From Oscillospiraceae bacterium (GTDB taxonomy: Bacteria; Bacillota; Clostridia; Oscillospirales; Oscillospiraceae), in contig CACYOR010000002.1 of assembly GCA_902775985.1 (NCBI GenBank), positions 21,139 to 85,138 of the forward strand: a stretch of DNA of 64,000 nucleotides. Direction: 5' to 3'. Positions 27,267-35,016 of this stretch are shown in pieces. The notes beneath the pieces were generated by a model. The model made no database searches, was not told the origin of the DNA, and worked only from the letters and a program-made list of their open reading frames with translations. The position numbers and the translations under genes are program-made. The number at the start of each line of letters is the position of its first letter. Position 1 is the first letter of the stretch.

Positions 27267-28151
27267 TCAGTCCTCTTCGCTCTCCTCCGGCAGCGGAGCC
27301 AGAGGATCCGTCACATCCATCTGATCGGGCATCGGCTCTCCGGCCTCGATCAGCGGAAGATACCACATTTCATAATAATAAGGCCGCTGGCTGTCCTGAG
27401 GCCAGATCTCCCCCCAGGGGCGCAGGCAGAGAGTGAAATCAAACTGCTGTCCCTCGCCGCTGTGCCGTCCCTGCAGGGTCAGTTCTCCCTCCGCGCTCGA
27501 GAGCGTCCAGGCGCCCTCCTCCAGCGGCATGAACCAGAAATAACCGTCCTCCGCCACCGCGCTGCCGTCCTCCTGCGGCCGAAGCTGCACCCAGCCCATG
27601 GGCTCCGCGGCGCTTTGATCCTCGTCCCAGAGCAGCAGGCTGACGCTGCCGTCTTCCTCGCTCCGGAAGCGGGCGCAGAGATCGTACCAGGTGTCGGCCA
27701 GCTCTCCCTCGGCGTTCTCGATGCGCCACCAGCCGTACCAGTCGCCGTTCCATTCCGCCTGAAGCAGAGCCTGCTGCTCCCGCTTTGCGGCGCGCTCGGC
27801 CAGATAGCTCTCCGCCCGATCTTCCCGGGCGTAGATCAGGGTGATGTTATCGGGGATCTCCAGGCTCACCAGGCCGTTTTCGATCGTTCCGGCCAGCACC
27901 TGTCCGTTCACGTCCACCCGCAGCTCGCTGCCCTCCCGGGTCCAGCGGATGGCGCCCAGTTCACCCCGGATCGTGAGCTCCCCATAGCCGCCCTGGTCCA
28001 GATTCAAAACGCTGTCCGCCAGGTCCAGCGGTTCCTCCCCGCTCCGGACCTCCACGCAGTGATAGAGTCCCGCGTTTTCATCCTTCTCTCCGCAGCCGCA
28101 GAGAGCCAGCGTCATCAGCACTATCAGAAAAAGCAAGCAAAGCCGCTTCAT
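27267..28151 (-). CDS. hypothetical lipoprotein
   Basis: start MKRLCLLFLIVLMTLALCGCGEK (lipobox LCGC); AAAGGAA SD; acidic Trp-rich mature domain, no family recognised. Confidence 0.6.
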   Translation of the reverse strand: MKRLCLLFLIVLMTLALCGCGEKDENAGLYHCVEVRSGEEPLDLADSVLNLDQGGYGELTIRGELGAIRWTREGSELRVDVNGQVLAGTIENGLVSLEIPDNITLIYAREDRAESYLAERAAKREQQALLQAEWNGDWYGWWRIENAEGELADTWYDLCARFRSEEDGSVSLLLWDEDQSAAEPMGWVQLRPQEDGSAVAEDGYFWFMPLEEGAWTLSSAEGELTLQGRHSGEGQQFDFTLCLRPWGEIWPQDSQRPYYYEMWYLPLIEAGEPMPDQMDVTDPLAPLPEESEED

Positions 28152-28184
28152 GCATCCGTTCCTTTCGCATTTTGATCTGACATT

Positions 28185-28213
28185 ACTATAAAATACAAGC
28201 GCCAAAAATGCAA
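28185..28213 (-). promoter_or_regulatory. promoter of lipoprotein/zinc-ribbon/TPM operon (TTGCAT, 17 bp, TATAGT)
   Basis: hexamers read on minus strand, about 35 nt upstream of the start codon. Confidence 0.55.
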
Positions 28214-28256
28214 GCCGGGATTTGATCTGTTCCTGAAGGGCGCTTTTGGGGTAATA

Positions 28257-28386
28257 GATGATGGGAGTCGCTTGCATCCGCTTTCCGCACGCGAAAAGCG
28301 GATAAATGGATTCGCCAGTTTGTGAACTGGCTCATGCACACGCCACCGGCGTGTGCGGACATGATTCGACTCCCTTCCCTTTTCCA
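28257..28386. repeat. tRNA-linked structured element, copy G (closing helix from tRNA-Gly T-arm, three internal hairpins)
   Basis: 28257-28270 is an exact 14-nt copy of tRNA-Gly positions 28430-28443; GGGAGTCG 28263-28270 pairs with CGACTCCC 28367-28374; hairpins 28276-28303, 28314-28331, 28336-28356; homologous to 55367-55505. Confidence 0.7.
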
Positions 28387-28391
28387 AACAA

Positions 28392-28420
28392 AAAGACCGC
28401 CCCACCGGGCGGTCTTTTCG
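28392..28420. terminator. bidirectional terminator after tRNA-Gly
   Basis: AAAAGACCGCCC/GGGCGGTCTTTT stem flanked by A/T tracts on both sides. Confidence 0.85.
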
Positions 28421-28422
28421 TT

Positions 28423-28496
28423 TGGAGCGGATGATGGGAGTCGAACCCACCTTATCGGCTTGGGAAGCCGGAGTTCTACCGATGAACTACATCCGC
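28423..28496 (-). tRNA. tRNA-Gly (anticodon CCC), CCA encoded
   Basis: manual cloverleaf: GCGGATG acceptor, GTTC/GAAC D-stem, anticodon loop TTCCCAA, GTGGG-TTCGACT-CCCAT T-arm, CATCCGC-T-CCA. Confidence 0.9.
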
Positions 28497-28507
28497 GTGT
28501 GGATGAT

Positions 28508-28536
28508 ACTATACCACAGCTTTCCGGAAAATTCAA
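28508..28536 (-). promoter_or_regulatory. tRNA-Gly promoter (TTGAAT, 17 bp, TGgTATAGT)
   Basis: hexamers on minus strand ending about 11 nt before the mature 5' end. Confidence 0.65.
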
Positions 28537-28666
28537 GAGCGGAACCGGCATTTTTTCCGCCCGGCTTTGACAGGCTTTTTTGTCCTGCTGCGCTATGCTC
28601 ATAAAGCCGGGCACGGGTTGATGGAGGGCGGCTGCGCGCGATCCGCCCTCCGGATGCCTGCCGCGA

Positions 28667-28695
28667 TTGACAAAGGGACGCCGCCGGATTAAGAT
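28667..28695 (+). promoter_or_regulatory. candidate promoter for thiamine diphosphokinase gene (TTGACA, 17 bp, TAAGAT)
   Basis: hexamer spacing. Confidence 0.45.
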
Positions 28696-28722
28696 GAGAA
28701 AAAACATAGAAGGACGATTCCC

Positions 28723-29340
28723 ATGAATAAACACTGTATGATCATCTCCGGCGGGGCCTTCTCCTCCATCCCCCAGCCGGGTCCGGATACCTTTGTTATC
28801 GCCTGTGACCGGGGCTATGCCTATGCCGAACGATGCGGCATTCACCCCGATCTGCTGGTAAGCGACTTTGACTCCTATTCCGGGTCGATTGATCCCACTG
28901 TTCCGGTCCATCGCTTTCGCGCGGAGAAGGACGACACCGACACCATGATCGCGATCCGTACGGCCATCGAGCAGGGCTTTGCGAGCGCCGAGCTCTACTG
29001 TGCCCTGGGCGGGCGGCTGGATCACACGCTGGCGAATCTTCAAAGCATGGTTTTTGCCGAAAAGCATGGCCTTTCCCTGCGCATTCACAGCGCCGACACG
29101 GAGATCCTCAGCCTGCGAAACGGAAGTCTTCGCCTCCCCCGCCGGGAGGGCTATTCTCTCTCCGTCTTTGCCATGGAGGATTGCTGCCGCGGCGTCAGCA
29201 TTCACGGCACCAAGTATGAGCTGGACAAGGTGGAACTGAGCTCGGCCTTTCCCCTCGGTGTCAGCAACGAGTGGGCCGGCGATGAAGCGGTCATCACCGT
29301 CGAGGACGGTATTCTGCTGATCATCCTCTCCCAGCTTTGA
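28723..29340 (+). CDS. thiN: thiamine diphosphokinase
   Basis: 205 aa; IISGG..., LVSDFDSYSG, KDDTDT motifs characteristic of TPK. Confidence 0.88.
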   Translation: MNKHCMIISGGAFSSIPQPGPDTFVIACDRGYAYAERCGIHPDLLVSDFDSYSGSIDPTVPVHRFRAEKDDTDTMIAIRTAIEQGFASAELYCALGGRLDHTLANLQSMVFAEKHGLSLRIHSADTEILSLRNGSLRLPRREGYSLSVFAMEDCCRGVSIHGTKYELDKVELSSAFPLGVSNEWAGDEAVITVEDGILLIILSQL

Positions 29341-29352
29341 TAAAGATGCTTT

Positions 29353-29378
29353 GCCCCGCCATGTTGCGGGGCTTTTTC
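29353..29378 (+). terminator. intrinsic terminator
   Basis: GCCCCGC/GCGGGGC stem then TTTTTC. Confidence 0.8.
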
Positions 29379-29447
29379 ATTGCATTTGCAATTTTTAAAA
29401 TTTTCTTGTAAATTATACTTGACATATGCAATCACGTAAGATATACT
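29379..29447 (+). promoter_or_regulatory. promoter (TTGACA 29419-29424, 17 bp, TATACT 29442-29447) with palindromic operator ATTGCATTTGCAAT (29379-29392) and extra TGCAAT half-site in the spacer
   Basis: 6-2-6 perfect palindrome upstream of -35 and repeat of the half-site at 29427-29432; likely autoregulation by the XRE protein. Confidence 0.55.
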
Positions 29448-29472
29448 TGGCATCGTCAGGAGGGAACCAAAC

Positions 29473-29676
29473 ATGAGAAACCTGAAAATGAAATTCCGGC
29501 GCATTGAACTGGATATGTCGCAGACAGAGCTGGCCCAGAAAGCGGGGGTTACCCGCCAGACCATCGGCCTGATCGAATCCGGGGACTTTAACCCCTCCAT
29601 CAAGCTCTGCATCGCCATCTGCAAGGCGCTGGGCGTCACATTAAACGATCTGTTCTGGGAGGAGAATGAGGAATGA
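29473..29676 (+). CDS. small XRE-family transcriptional regulator
   Basis: 67 aa; MSQTELAQKAGVTRQTIGLIESG HTH; SD GGAGGG. Confidence 0.88.
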   Translation: MRNLKMKFRRIELDMSQTELAQKAGVTRQTIGLIESGDFNPSIKLCIAICKALGVTLNDLFWEENEE

Positions 29677-30119
29677 AACACAACAATCTGGATGAAATGC
29701 AGGAGCAGGAACTTCTGAAAATCGAGCACAACGGCTGCTGGCTGGCCTTCTGGGGTCTGCTGCTCGCCATCATCGTGCAGGCCATTTCCGGCAAGGGCGA
29801 TCCCTTTGGCGAGTGGATCCTGTTTATGCTTCTTGCCGTTTATATGGGTATTGCCTGCATGCGCAAGGGGATCTGGGACCGCCGTCTCAAGATGGACGGG
29901 AAAACCAATCTGCTGGTCTCTCTGGTGGCGGCCGTCTGCGCCGGGGCCTTTATGTTTGCCTTCAGCTATCTGCGCTTTGACAGTCTGGACGGCGCGATCG
30001 CTTCCTGCGCCATTATGGCCGTCTCCGTCTTTGTACTCTGCCTGATCGCACTGTCTCTTGCCGCCCGCGCCACCAAAAAGCGCCAGGAGGCGCTCAACGC
30101 CGAACCCGACGAGAAATAA
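29673..30119 (+). CDS. small membrane protein co-transcribed with XRE regulator
   Basis: 148 aa, four predicted TM helices, ATGA overlap with regulator gene. Confidence 0.7.
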   Translation: MKHNNLDEMQEQELLKIEHNGCWLAFWGLLLAIIVQAISGKGDPFGEWILFMLLAVYMGIACMRKGIWDRRLKMDGKTNLLVSLVAAVCAGAFMFAFSYLRFDSLDGAIASCAIMAVSVFVLCLIALSLAARATKKRQEALNAEPDEK

Positions 30120-30133
30120 GCCTATTCAATAGG

Positions 30134-30168
30134 AAAAGGCGATACCGAAAAACCGGTATCGCCTTTTT
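30134..30168. terminator. bidirectional terminator
   Basis: AAAAGGCGATACCG/CGGTATCGCCTTTT stem with A/T flanks. Confidence 0.85.
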
Positions 30169-30171
30169 GTG

Positions 30172-31767
30172 TTATCGGAAGCTTCTGACCCAGTTGAGCA
30201 GAGAACCGGGATGGGTATTCTCCAAAACCGTGCGGCGCATGTAGTCCGTCACCGGACCGTTGCGGGCCATCTTATCAAGGATCGCCCCCTGCAGCTCCTC
30301 CACGCTCATCTCCTCATAGGGCTTGTTCACCACCGGACGCTCCTCGCTTGCAAGCGTTACGGCCTCCGGCTGTTTCGCCTCGGCAAAGGCTTCCTCGATC
30401 GCCGCCATGTCCAACGCGGGCTTTTCCCCTGCCGCCGTCTCCGGCAGCCAGATCTCGCCGCCGTTGGCCGGTACACTCAGATGCAGTCGGCCATTCTGCG
30501 CTGTGACGCGCTCCCCGTGCAGGGCGCCCACATAGCTTCCCTCGCCAGGAAGATCAAAGCCCGCGGCGCTGTCGTCACAGTTGACCGTGACCATCACCCG
30601 TTCCCCGGGGATTTCCCGGGCAAAAGCATATTGGCGGTTTCGAAGCAGCAGCTCCTGATAGCCGCCATAGGCCAGGGCTCTGCTCCCCTGTCGAATCTGC
30701 CCCAGCGCCGCCACCAGGCGAGAGCAGGCGTTCTCCTCCATCTGCGCCAGATCCAGGGCCGGGCGGATCGCGTCGTCGGAGCCGCCGCGATGCTTGACGC
30801 CCTCGATGCCGAATTCCGAGCCATAGTATACGGAGGGAATGCCCGGAAGGGTATAGAGCAGCACATGCACCGGCACGAAGTGCGCCTTGTTCCAGAGCTT
30901 GGTATAGATGCGCTCCACGTCGTGGTTATCTACAAAGCTGTACAGCCGAAAGCGCCGCAGGTCACCGCCCGCCATGCGCAGACTCCGGTTGACGGTGTGG
31001 GCGATCTCAAAATAGTTGTGGTCGTTGTGCCCGGAGTAGAGAGCTTTGTGCAGTGCATAATCCGTGACGCTGTGGAGCGTCTGCCCGTTGACCCAGCGGT
31101 TGTACTCGCCGTGGATCACTTCACCCATGAGCCAAAACTCCGGCTTGACCGTATCCGCCAGACCGCGCAGGGCCCGCATGAAATCGAAATCCAGCACGTC
31201 GGCGGCATCCAGGCGCAGACCGTCGATGTCAAACTCCGCCACCCAGAAGCGCACCACATCCAGCAGATAGTCCCGCACGGCGGGATTGCGCTGGTTGAGC
31301 TTCGCCAGCAGGTCGTAGCCGCCCCAGTTTTCATAGGAGAAGCCGTCGTTATAGCTGTTGTTGCCCCAGAAATTGACATTGCAGTACCAGTCCCGATAGG
31401 CGGAGCCCTCCCGCTTCTCCTTCAGATCCCGGAAGGCAAAGAAATCCCGGCCCGTGTGGTTGAAGACCGCGTCCAGGATCACCCGGATCCCCGCCTTATG
31501 GCAGGCTGCCACAAAGTCTTTCAGATCCTCGTTTGTCCCCAGGCGGCTATCCAATTTGCGATAGTCGGTGGTCTCATAGCCATGACCAACAGACTCAAAG
31601 AGCGGGCCGATATACAGGGCATTGCAGCCAAGGCTCCGGATATGTTCGATCCAGGGGAAGAGCGCGCGGAGGCGGTGTACCGGTTCGCCATAGGGGTTCT
31701 CCTTCGGCGCTCCGGTGAGCCCCAGGGGGTAGATATGATAAAAAACGGCTTCGTCGTACCAGGCCAT
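30172..31767 (-). CDS. GH13 alpha-amylase family glycoside hydrolase (cytoplasmic)
   Basis: 531 aa; GH13 regions DAVFNHTG, GLRLDAADV, LMGEVIHG, FVDNHDV; no signal peptide. Confidence 0.9.
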   Translation of the reverse strand: MAWYDEAVFYHIYPLGLTGAPKENPYGEPVHRLRALFPWIEHIRSLGCNALYIGPLFESVGHGYETTDYRKLDSRLGTNEDLKDFVAACHKAGIRVILDAVFNHTGRDFFAFRDLKEKREGSAYRDWYCNVNFWGNNSYNDGFSYENWGGYDLLAKLNQRNPAVRDYLLDVVRFWVAEFDIDGLRLDAADVLDFDFMRALRGLADTVKPEFWLMGEVIHGEYNRWVNGQTLHSVTDYALHKALYSGHNDHNYFEIAHTVNRSLRMAGGDLRRFRLYSFVDNHDVERIYTKLWNKAHFVPVHVLLYTLPGIPSVYYGSEFGIEGVKHRGGSDDAIRPALDLAQMEENACSRLVAALGQIRQGSRALAYGGYQELLLRNRQYAFAREIPGERVMVTVNCDDSAAGFDLPGEGSYVGALHGERVTAQNGRLHLSVPANGGEIWLPETAAGEKPALDMAAIEEAFAEAKQPEAVTLASEERPVVNKPYEEMSVEELQGAILDKMARNGPVTDYMRRTVLENTHPGSLLNWVRSFR

Positions 31768-31796
31768 GTTGTTCTCCTTCTGTATAGAATGCTACG

Positions 31797-31825
31797 ATTA
31801 TACTAAAAAATCGAAAAAGGAGCAA
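31797..31825 (-). promoter_or_regulatory. candidate amylase promoter (TTGCTC, 17 bp, TATAAT)
   Basis: hexamers on minus strand. Confidence 0.45.
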
Positions 31826-31830
31826 GCATA

Positions 31831-31862
31831 GAAATACGGCAGGATCTCCCCTGCCGTATTTC
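31831..31862 (-). terminator. terminator after M20 hydrolase gene
   Basis: GAAATACGGCAGG/CCTGCCGTATTTC 13-bp stem. Confidence 0.7.
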
Positions 31863-31872
31863 CATATTTTCT

Positions 31873-33318
31873 TTACAGTGCGATGGGCACCGCGTCCGCT
31901 TCGATGGGGCAAACATAGCCGTCCCCGACCCGCGCAGCAAATTCCTCCTTGGCCGCCTGCAGCAGCGCCTCATCCGTCAGCAGGTCGATGGCCGTCGCCG
32001 CCAGCACCTTGGCCGCCTGCAGCATGCCTTTGTGGGCCAGGCCGCTCTTCCCGCAGGCCACGATCTGCCAGGAATGCCCGGGTACGCCCGCGGGCCAGCA
32101 GGCCGTGTTAATCTGTGAGGTGGGCGTCAGCCAACTCACATCGCCCACATCGGTGCTGCCGGGCGAGAAGCTGGTAGCCGAATAGAGCGGCGGGATAAAA
32201 TCGTTGATGGGCTTTTTCCCGTTGTCGGAGAGCGCCTTGACCAGCTTGGCGATCTCCGGATCGTTCCGCACACCGTCGATACCCTCAATGCCGCTGCCGG
32301 GATAGCTGGCCTTCAGCGCCGCCGCCAGGGCATAGTCCTCCTCGCTGTATTCAGGCACACCCTCGGCGACGAGATTTTCATACAAGGCCTTCTCGATGGT
32401 GAAATTGGGCAGCAGCTCCGCCGTGCCGTCGATAAACACACGCTCATACGTTGTACCGGTCATGAGCGCCGCGCCCTTGGCGATATCGTCCACCCGCTTT
32501 TGCAGCGCAATGGTGTCCACCACTTTGTTGGCCCGCACCATGTACAGCACATCCGCCTTTGCCTGAACCACGTTGGGCGAGACGCCGCCGGTATTGGTGA
32601 TGGCATAGTGGATGCGGCAGTCGGGCGTCATATGCTCCCGCAGGAACTGAACCCCCACGTTCATAAGCTCCACCGCGTCCAGCGCGCTGCGGCCGTTGAA
32701 GGGATCGCCCGCCGCATGGGCCGGGACACCGGAAAATTTGTAGAGCACCTGGATACAGGAGTTGTTGGTGCCGGTCATGGTCTGGTTGGCATCGCCCGGA
32801 TGCCAGCAAAGCGCCGCGTCCAACTCCTTCCAGAGTCCTTCCCGGGCCATATAGGCCTTGCCGGCGCCGCCCTCTTCCCCGGGGCAGCCGAAGAAGATCA
32901 CCGTGCCGGGTTTGCCGCTTTTTTCCAGGAAGTCCTTCACCGCCGCAGCCGCCGCCAGAGAACCGGCCCCCAGCAGATTGTGCCCGCAGCCATGGCCGCT
33001 GCCGCCGGGAACGACCGGCTTCGGCTCCGTCTCCCCCGCCTGCTGGCTCAGGCCGCTGAGGGCGTCAAACTCACCCAGGATGCCGATCACCGGTCCTCCG
33101 CTCCCGTATGAACCGCAGAAGGCGGTCTGGATGCCGCAGAGATTCTCCGTGACCGTGAAGCCAAGCTCTTTCAGCTTCTCGCAGTAGAGTGCCGCCGACT
33201 TGAATTCCTTCAAGCTCAGTTCCGCATTTTCCCAGATCTGATCCGCGATCGCTTCGTAATAGGCAGCGTTTGCCTCCACGTAGGCGGCAGCCGCCTGCTT
33301 TTCCTTTTGTTCGAACAT
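31873..33318 (-). CDS. M20-family amidohydrolase (AbgB / aminobenzoyl-glutamate hydrolase subunit B-like)
   Basis: 481 aa; GILGEFDAL, GHGCGHNLLG metal-ligand motifs typical of AbgB-type M20 enzymes; SD AGGAGGA. Confidence 0.85.
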   Translation of the reverse strand: MFEQKEKQAAAAYVEANAAYYEAIADQIWENAELSLKEFKSAALYCEKLKELGFTVTENLCGIQTAFCGSYGSGGPVIGILGEFDALSGLSQQAGETEPKPVVPGGSGHGCGHNLLGAGSLAAAAAVKDFLEKSGKPGTVIFFGCPGEEGGAGKAYMAREGLWKELDAALCWHPGDANQTMTGTNNSCIQVLYKFSGVPAHAAGDPFNGRSALDAVELMNVGVQFLREHMTPDCRIHYAITNTGGVSPNVVQAKADVLYMVRANKVVDTIALQKRVDDIAKGAALMTGTTYERVFIDGTAELLPNFTIEKALYENLVAEGVPEYSEEDYALAAALKASYPGSGIEGIDGVRNDPEIAKLVKALSDNGKKPINDFIPPLYSATSFSPGSTDVGDVSWLTPTSQINTACWPAGVPGHSWQIVACGKSGLAHKGMLQAAKVLAATAIDLLTDEALLQAAKEEFAARVGDGYVCPIEADAVPIAL

Positions 33319-33336
33319 TGCCTTTCCTCCTGGTCG

Positions 33337-33365
33337 AAAAAGGGAGGGGCAAGCCCCTCCCCTGC
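33337..33365 (-). terminator. intrinsic terminator 18 nt upstream of the M20 start codon
   Basis: minus strand GGGAGGGG/CCCCTCCC stem followed by TTTTT, immediately followed by CGACCAGGAGGAAAGGCAATG. Confidence 0.7.
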
Positions 33366-33500
33366 ATTGTTATACTGATATCTGATAGGAAAGTCGGAAA
33401 TGATTTTCGAGCCAGAATTGCGCCAGACAAGGCGGACTCCGCAGAGCATAATGGAGATATATGGTCAAGGAGGCCAACGCAGTATGGCACAATATCAGTA

Positions 33501-34265
33501 TTAAAGTACCTTGGACAGGAAATCCTTCAGACGCGGGTTCTGCGGATGGTTGAAGATCTCATCGGGGCTTCCCTGCTCCAGGATCTTGCCGTCGTCCATG
33601 AAGAGGACCCGGTTGCCCACCTCACGGGCAAAGCCCATCTCATGGGTGACCACCACCATGGTCATGCCCTGCCGCGCCAGCTTTTTCATAACATCCAGCA
33701 CCTCGCCCACCATCTCGGGGTCGAGGGCGGAGGTGGGCTCGTCAAAGAGCATCACGTCCGGTTCCATCGCCAGGGCGCGCACAATGGCCACACGCTGTTT
33801 CTGGCCGCCGGAGAGCTGAATGGGATAAGCGTCGGCGCGGTCAGCCAGCCCGACACGGTCCAGCAGATCCCGGGCCTTGGCCTCGGCCTCCGCCTGGGGC
33901 ACGCCCTTGACCTTGATGGGCGCCAGGGTCATGTTCTGCAAAATGGTCTTGTGGGGAAAGAGATTAAAATGCTGGAACACCATGCCCATTTTCTGCCGGT
34001 GCAGGTCGATGTTCAGCTTCTTGCCGTCGGGACCCTTCTTCTTGGTGATATCGGTCCCCTCGAAGATGATGGAACCGGAGGTTGGCACCTCAAGCAGGTT
34101 CAGCGAACGCAGGAAAGTGGACTTGCCGGAGCCGGAGGGCCCGATGATGACCATCACATCGCCCCTGTTGATGTCCACGCTCACTCCATCGAGCGCCTTG
34201 ATCTGGTCGCCATTGTAATATTTTTTCAGATCCTGTACCTGGATCAGCTTATCGGATGTCGCCAC
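33501..34265 (-). CDS. amino-acid ABC transporter ATP-binding protein (GlnQ-like)
   Basis: Walker [25 protein letters not shown]; GTG start at 34265 preferred (GAGGAGG 7 nt upstream) over ORF opening at 34283. Confidence 0.9.
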   Translation of the reverse strand: MATSDKLIQVQDLKKYYNGDQIKALDGVSVDINRGDVMVIIGPSGSGKSTFLRSLNLLEVPTSGSIIFEGTDITKKKGPDGKKLNIDLHRQKMGMVFQHFNLFPHKTILQNMTLAPIKVKGVPQAEAEAKARDLLDRVGLADRADAYPIQLSGGQKQRVAIVRALAMEPDVMLFDEPTSALDPEMVGEVLDVMKKLARQGMTMVVVTHEMGFAREVGNRVLFMDDGKILEQGSPDEIFNHPQNPRLKDFLSKVL

Positions 34266-34938
34266 GGCGCAGCCTCCTCTCAAACACAGCCAGCAGTTTG
34301 CTCAGCACAAAGGTCAGCACAAAGTATACCACCGCCACCATGATAAGCGGTTCCATGGTCAAATACGTCGTGCCCTTGATGAGCAGGCACTGGGTCATCA
34401 GATCGCCGATAAAGAAGGTGGAAGCCAGCGAGGTATCCTTCACGATCATAATGAACTCATTGCCTAGGGCCGGCAGGATGTTCTTGACCGCCTGGGGCAA
34501 AATGATCTGCGTCATGGTCAGACGCTGACTCAGGCCCAGCGAACGGGCCGCCTCGGTCTGGCCGATGTCCACCGCCTGAATACCGGAACGGATGATCTCC
34601 GAGACGTAGGCCGCGCTGTTGCACACCAGGGCGATCGCCACACAGAGATACTGTTTCCGGTTCAGGAAGGGGATCAACTGCGGCAGGGCGAAATAAAACA
34701 GATAGAGCTGCAGCAGCATGGGCGTGCCGCGGATGATCTCGGTATAGATCCCGGCGATCCAGCGGAAGGGCGGGAACTTTGACATGCGCAGCAGCGCGAT
34801 GAGCGAGCCCAGAATGGCACCGACCGCCACCGTTATGGCCGCAAGAGAGAGCGTGTAGCCCATGCCGGTGAGCAGGAACTTGTCCCAGTATTTGATCGTG
34901 AGCTTTACGATGTTATGGCCTATCGTCGCAAAATTCAT
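34249..34938 (-). CDS. amino-acid ABC transporter permease (His/Glu/Gln/Arg/opine family)
   Basis: 229 aa; EAA loop [17 protein letters not shown], five TM helices. Confidence 0.9.
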   Translation of the reverse strand: MNFATIGHNIVKLTIKYWDKFLLTGMGYTLSLAAITVAVGAILGSLIALLRMSKFPPFRWIAGIYTEIIRGTPMLLQLYLFYFALPQLIPFLNRKQYLCVAIALVCNSAAYVSEIIRSGIQAVDIGQTEAARSLGLSQRLTMTQIILPQAVKNILPALGNEFIMIVKDTSLASTFFIGDLMTQCLLIKGTTYLTMEPLIMVAVVYFVLTFVLSKLLAVFERRLRRGDIR

Positions 34939-35016
34939 AGCTTCCTCTTTTCATACGAAGCGGGGTGCTCCGGAAAGAGCACCCCGGCAATTTCTCAACG
35001 GTTTCTGTCTCTGAAC

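Noticed and set aside
28247-28386. A possible tmRNA (ssrA): GGGG... near the 5' side and ...TTCGACTCCC...CCA at the 3' side.
   Set aside because: At about 140 nt it is far too short. It has no tag-peptide reading frame or pseudoknots, the acceptor-stem pairing between the ends is absent, and a homologous copy exists at a second locus.
28623-28650. A GC-rich hairpin (GGAGGGCGG...CCGCCCTCC) upstream of the thiamine diphosphokinase gene, considered as a TPP riboswitch or terminator.
   Set aside because: It has no THI-box (CTGAGA-type) features and no U tract, and it lies upstream of the candidate promoter. No function is assigned.
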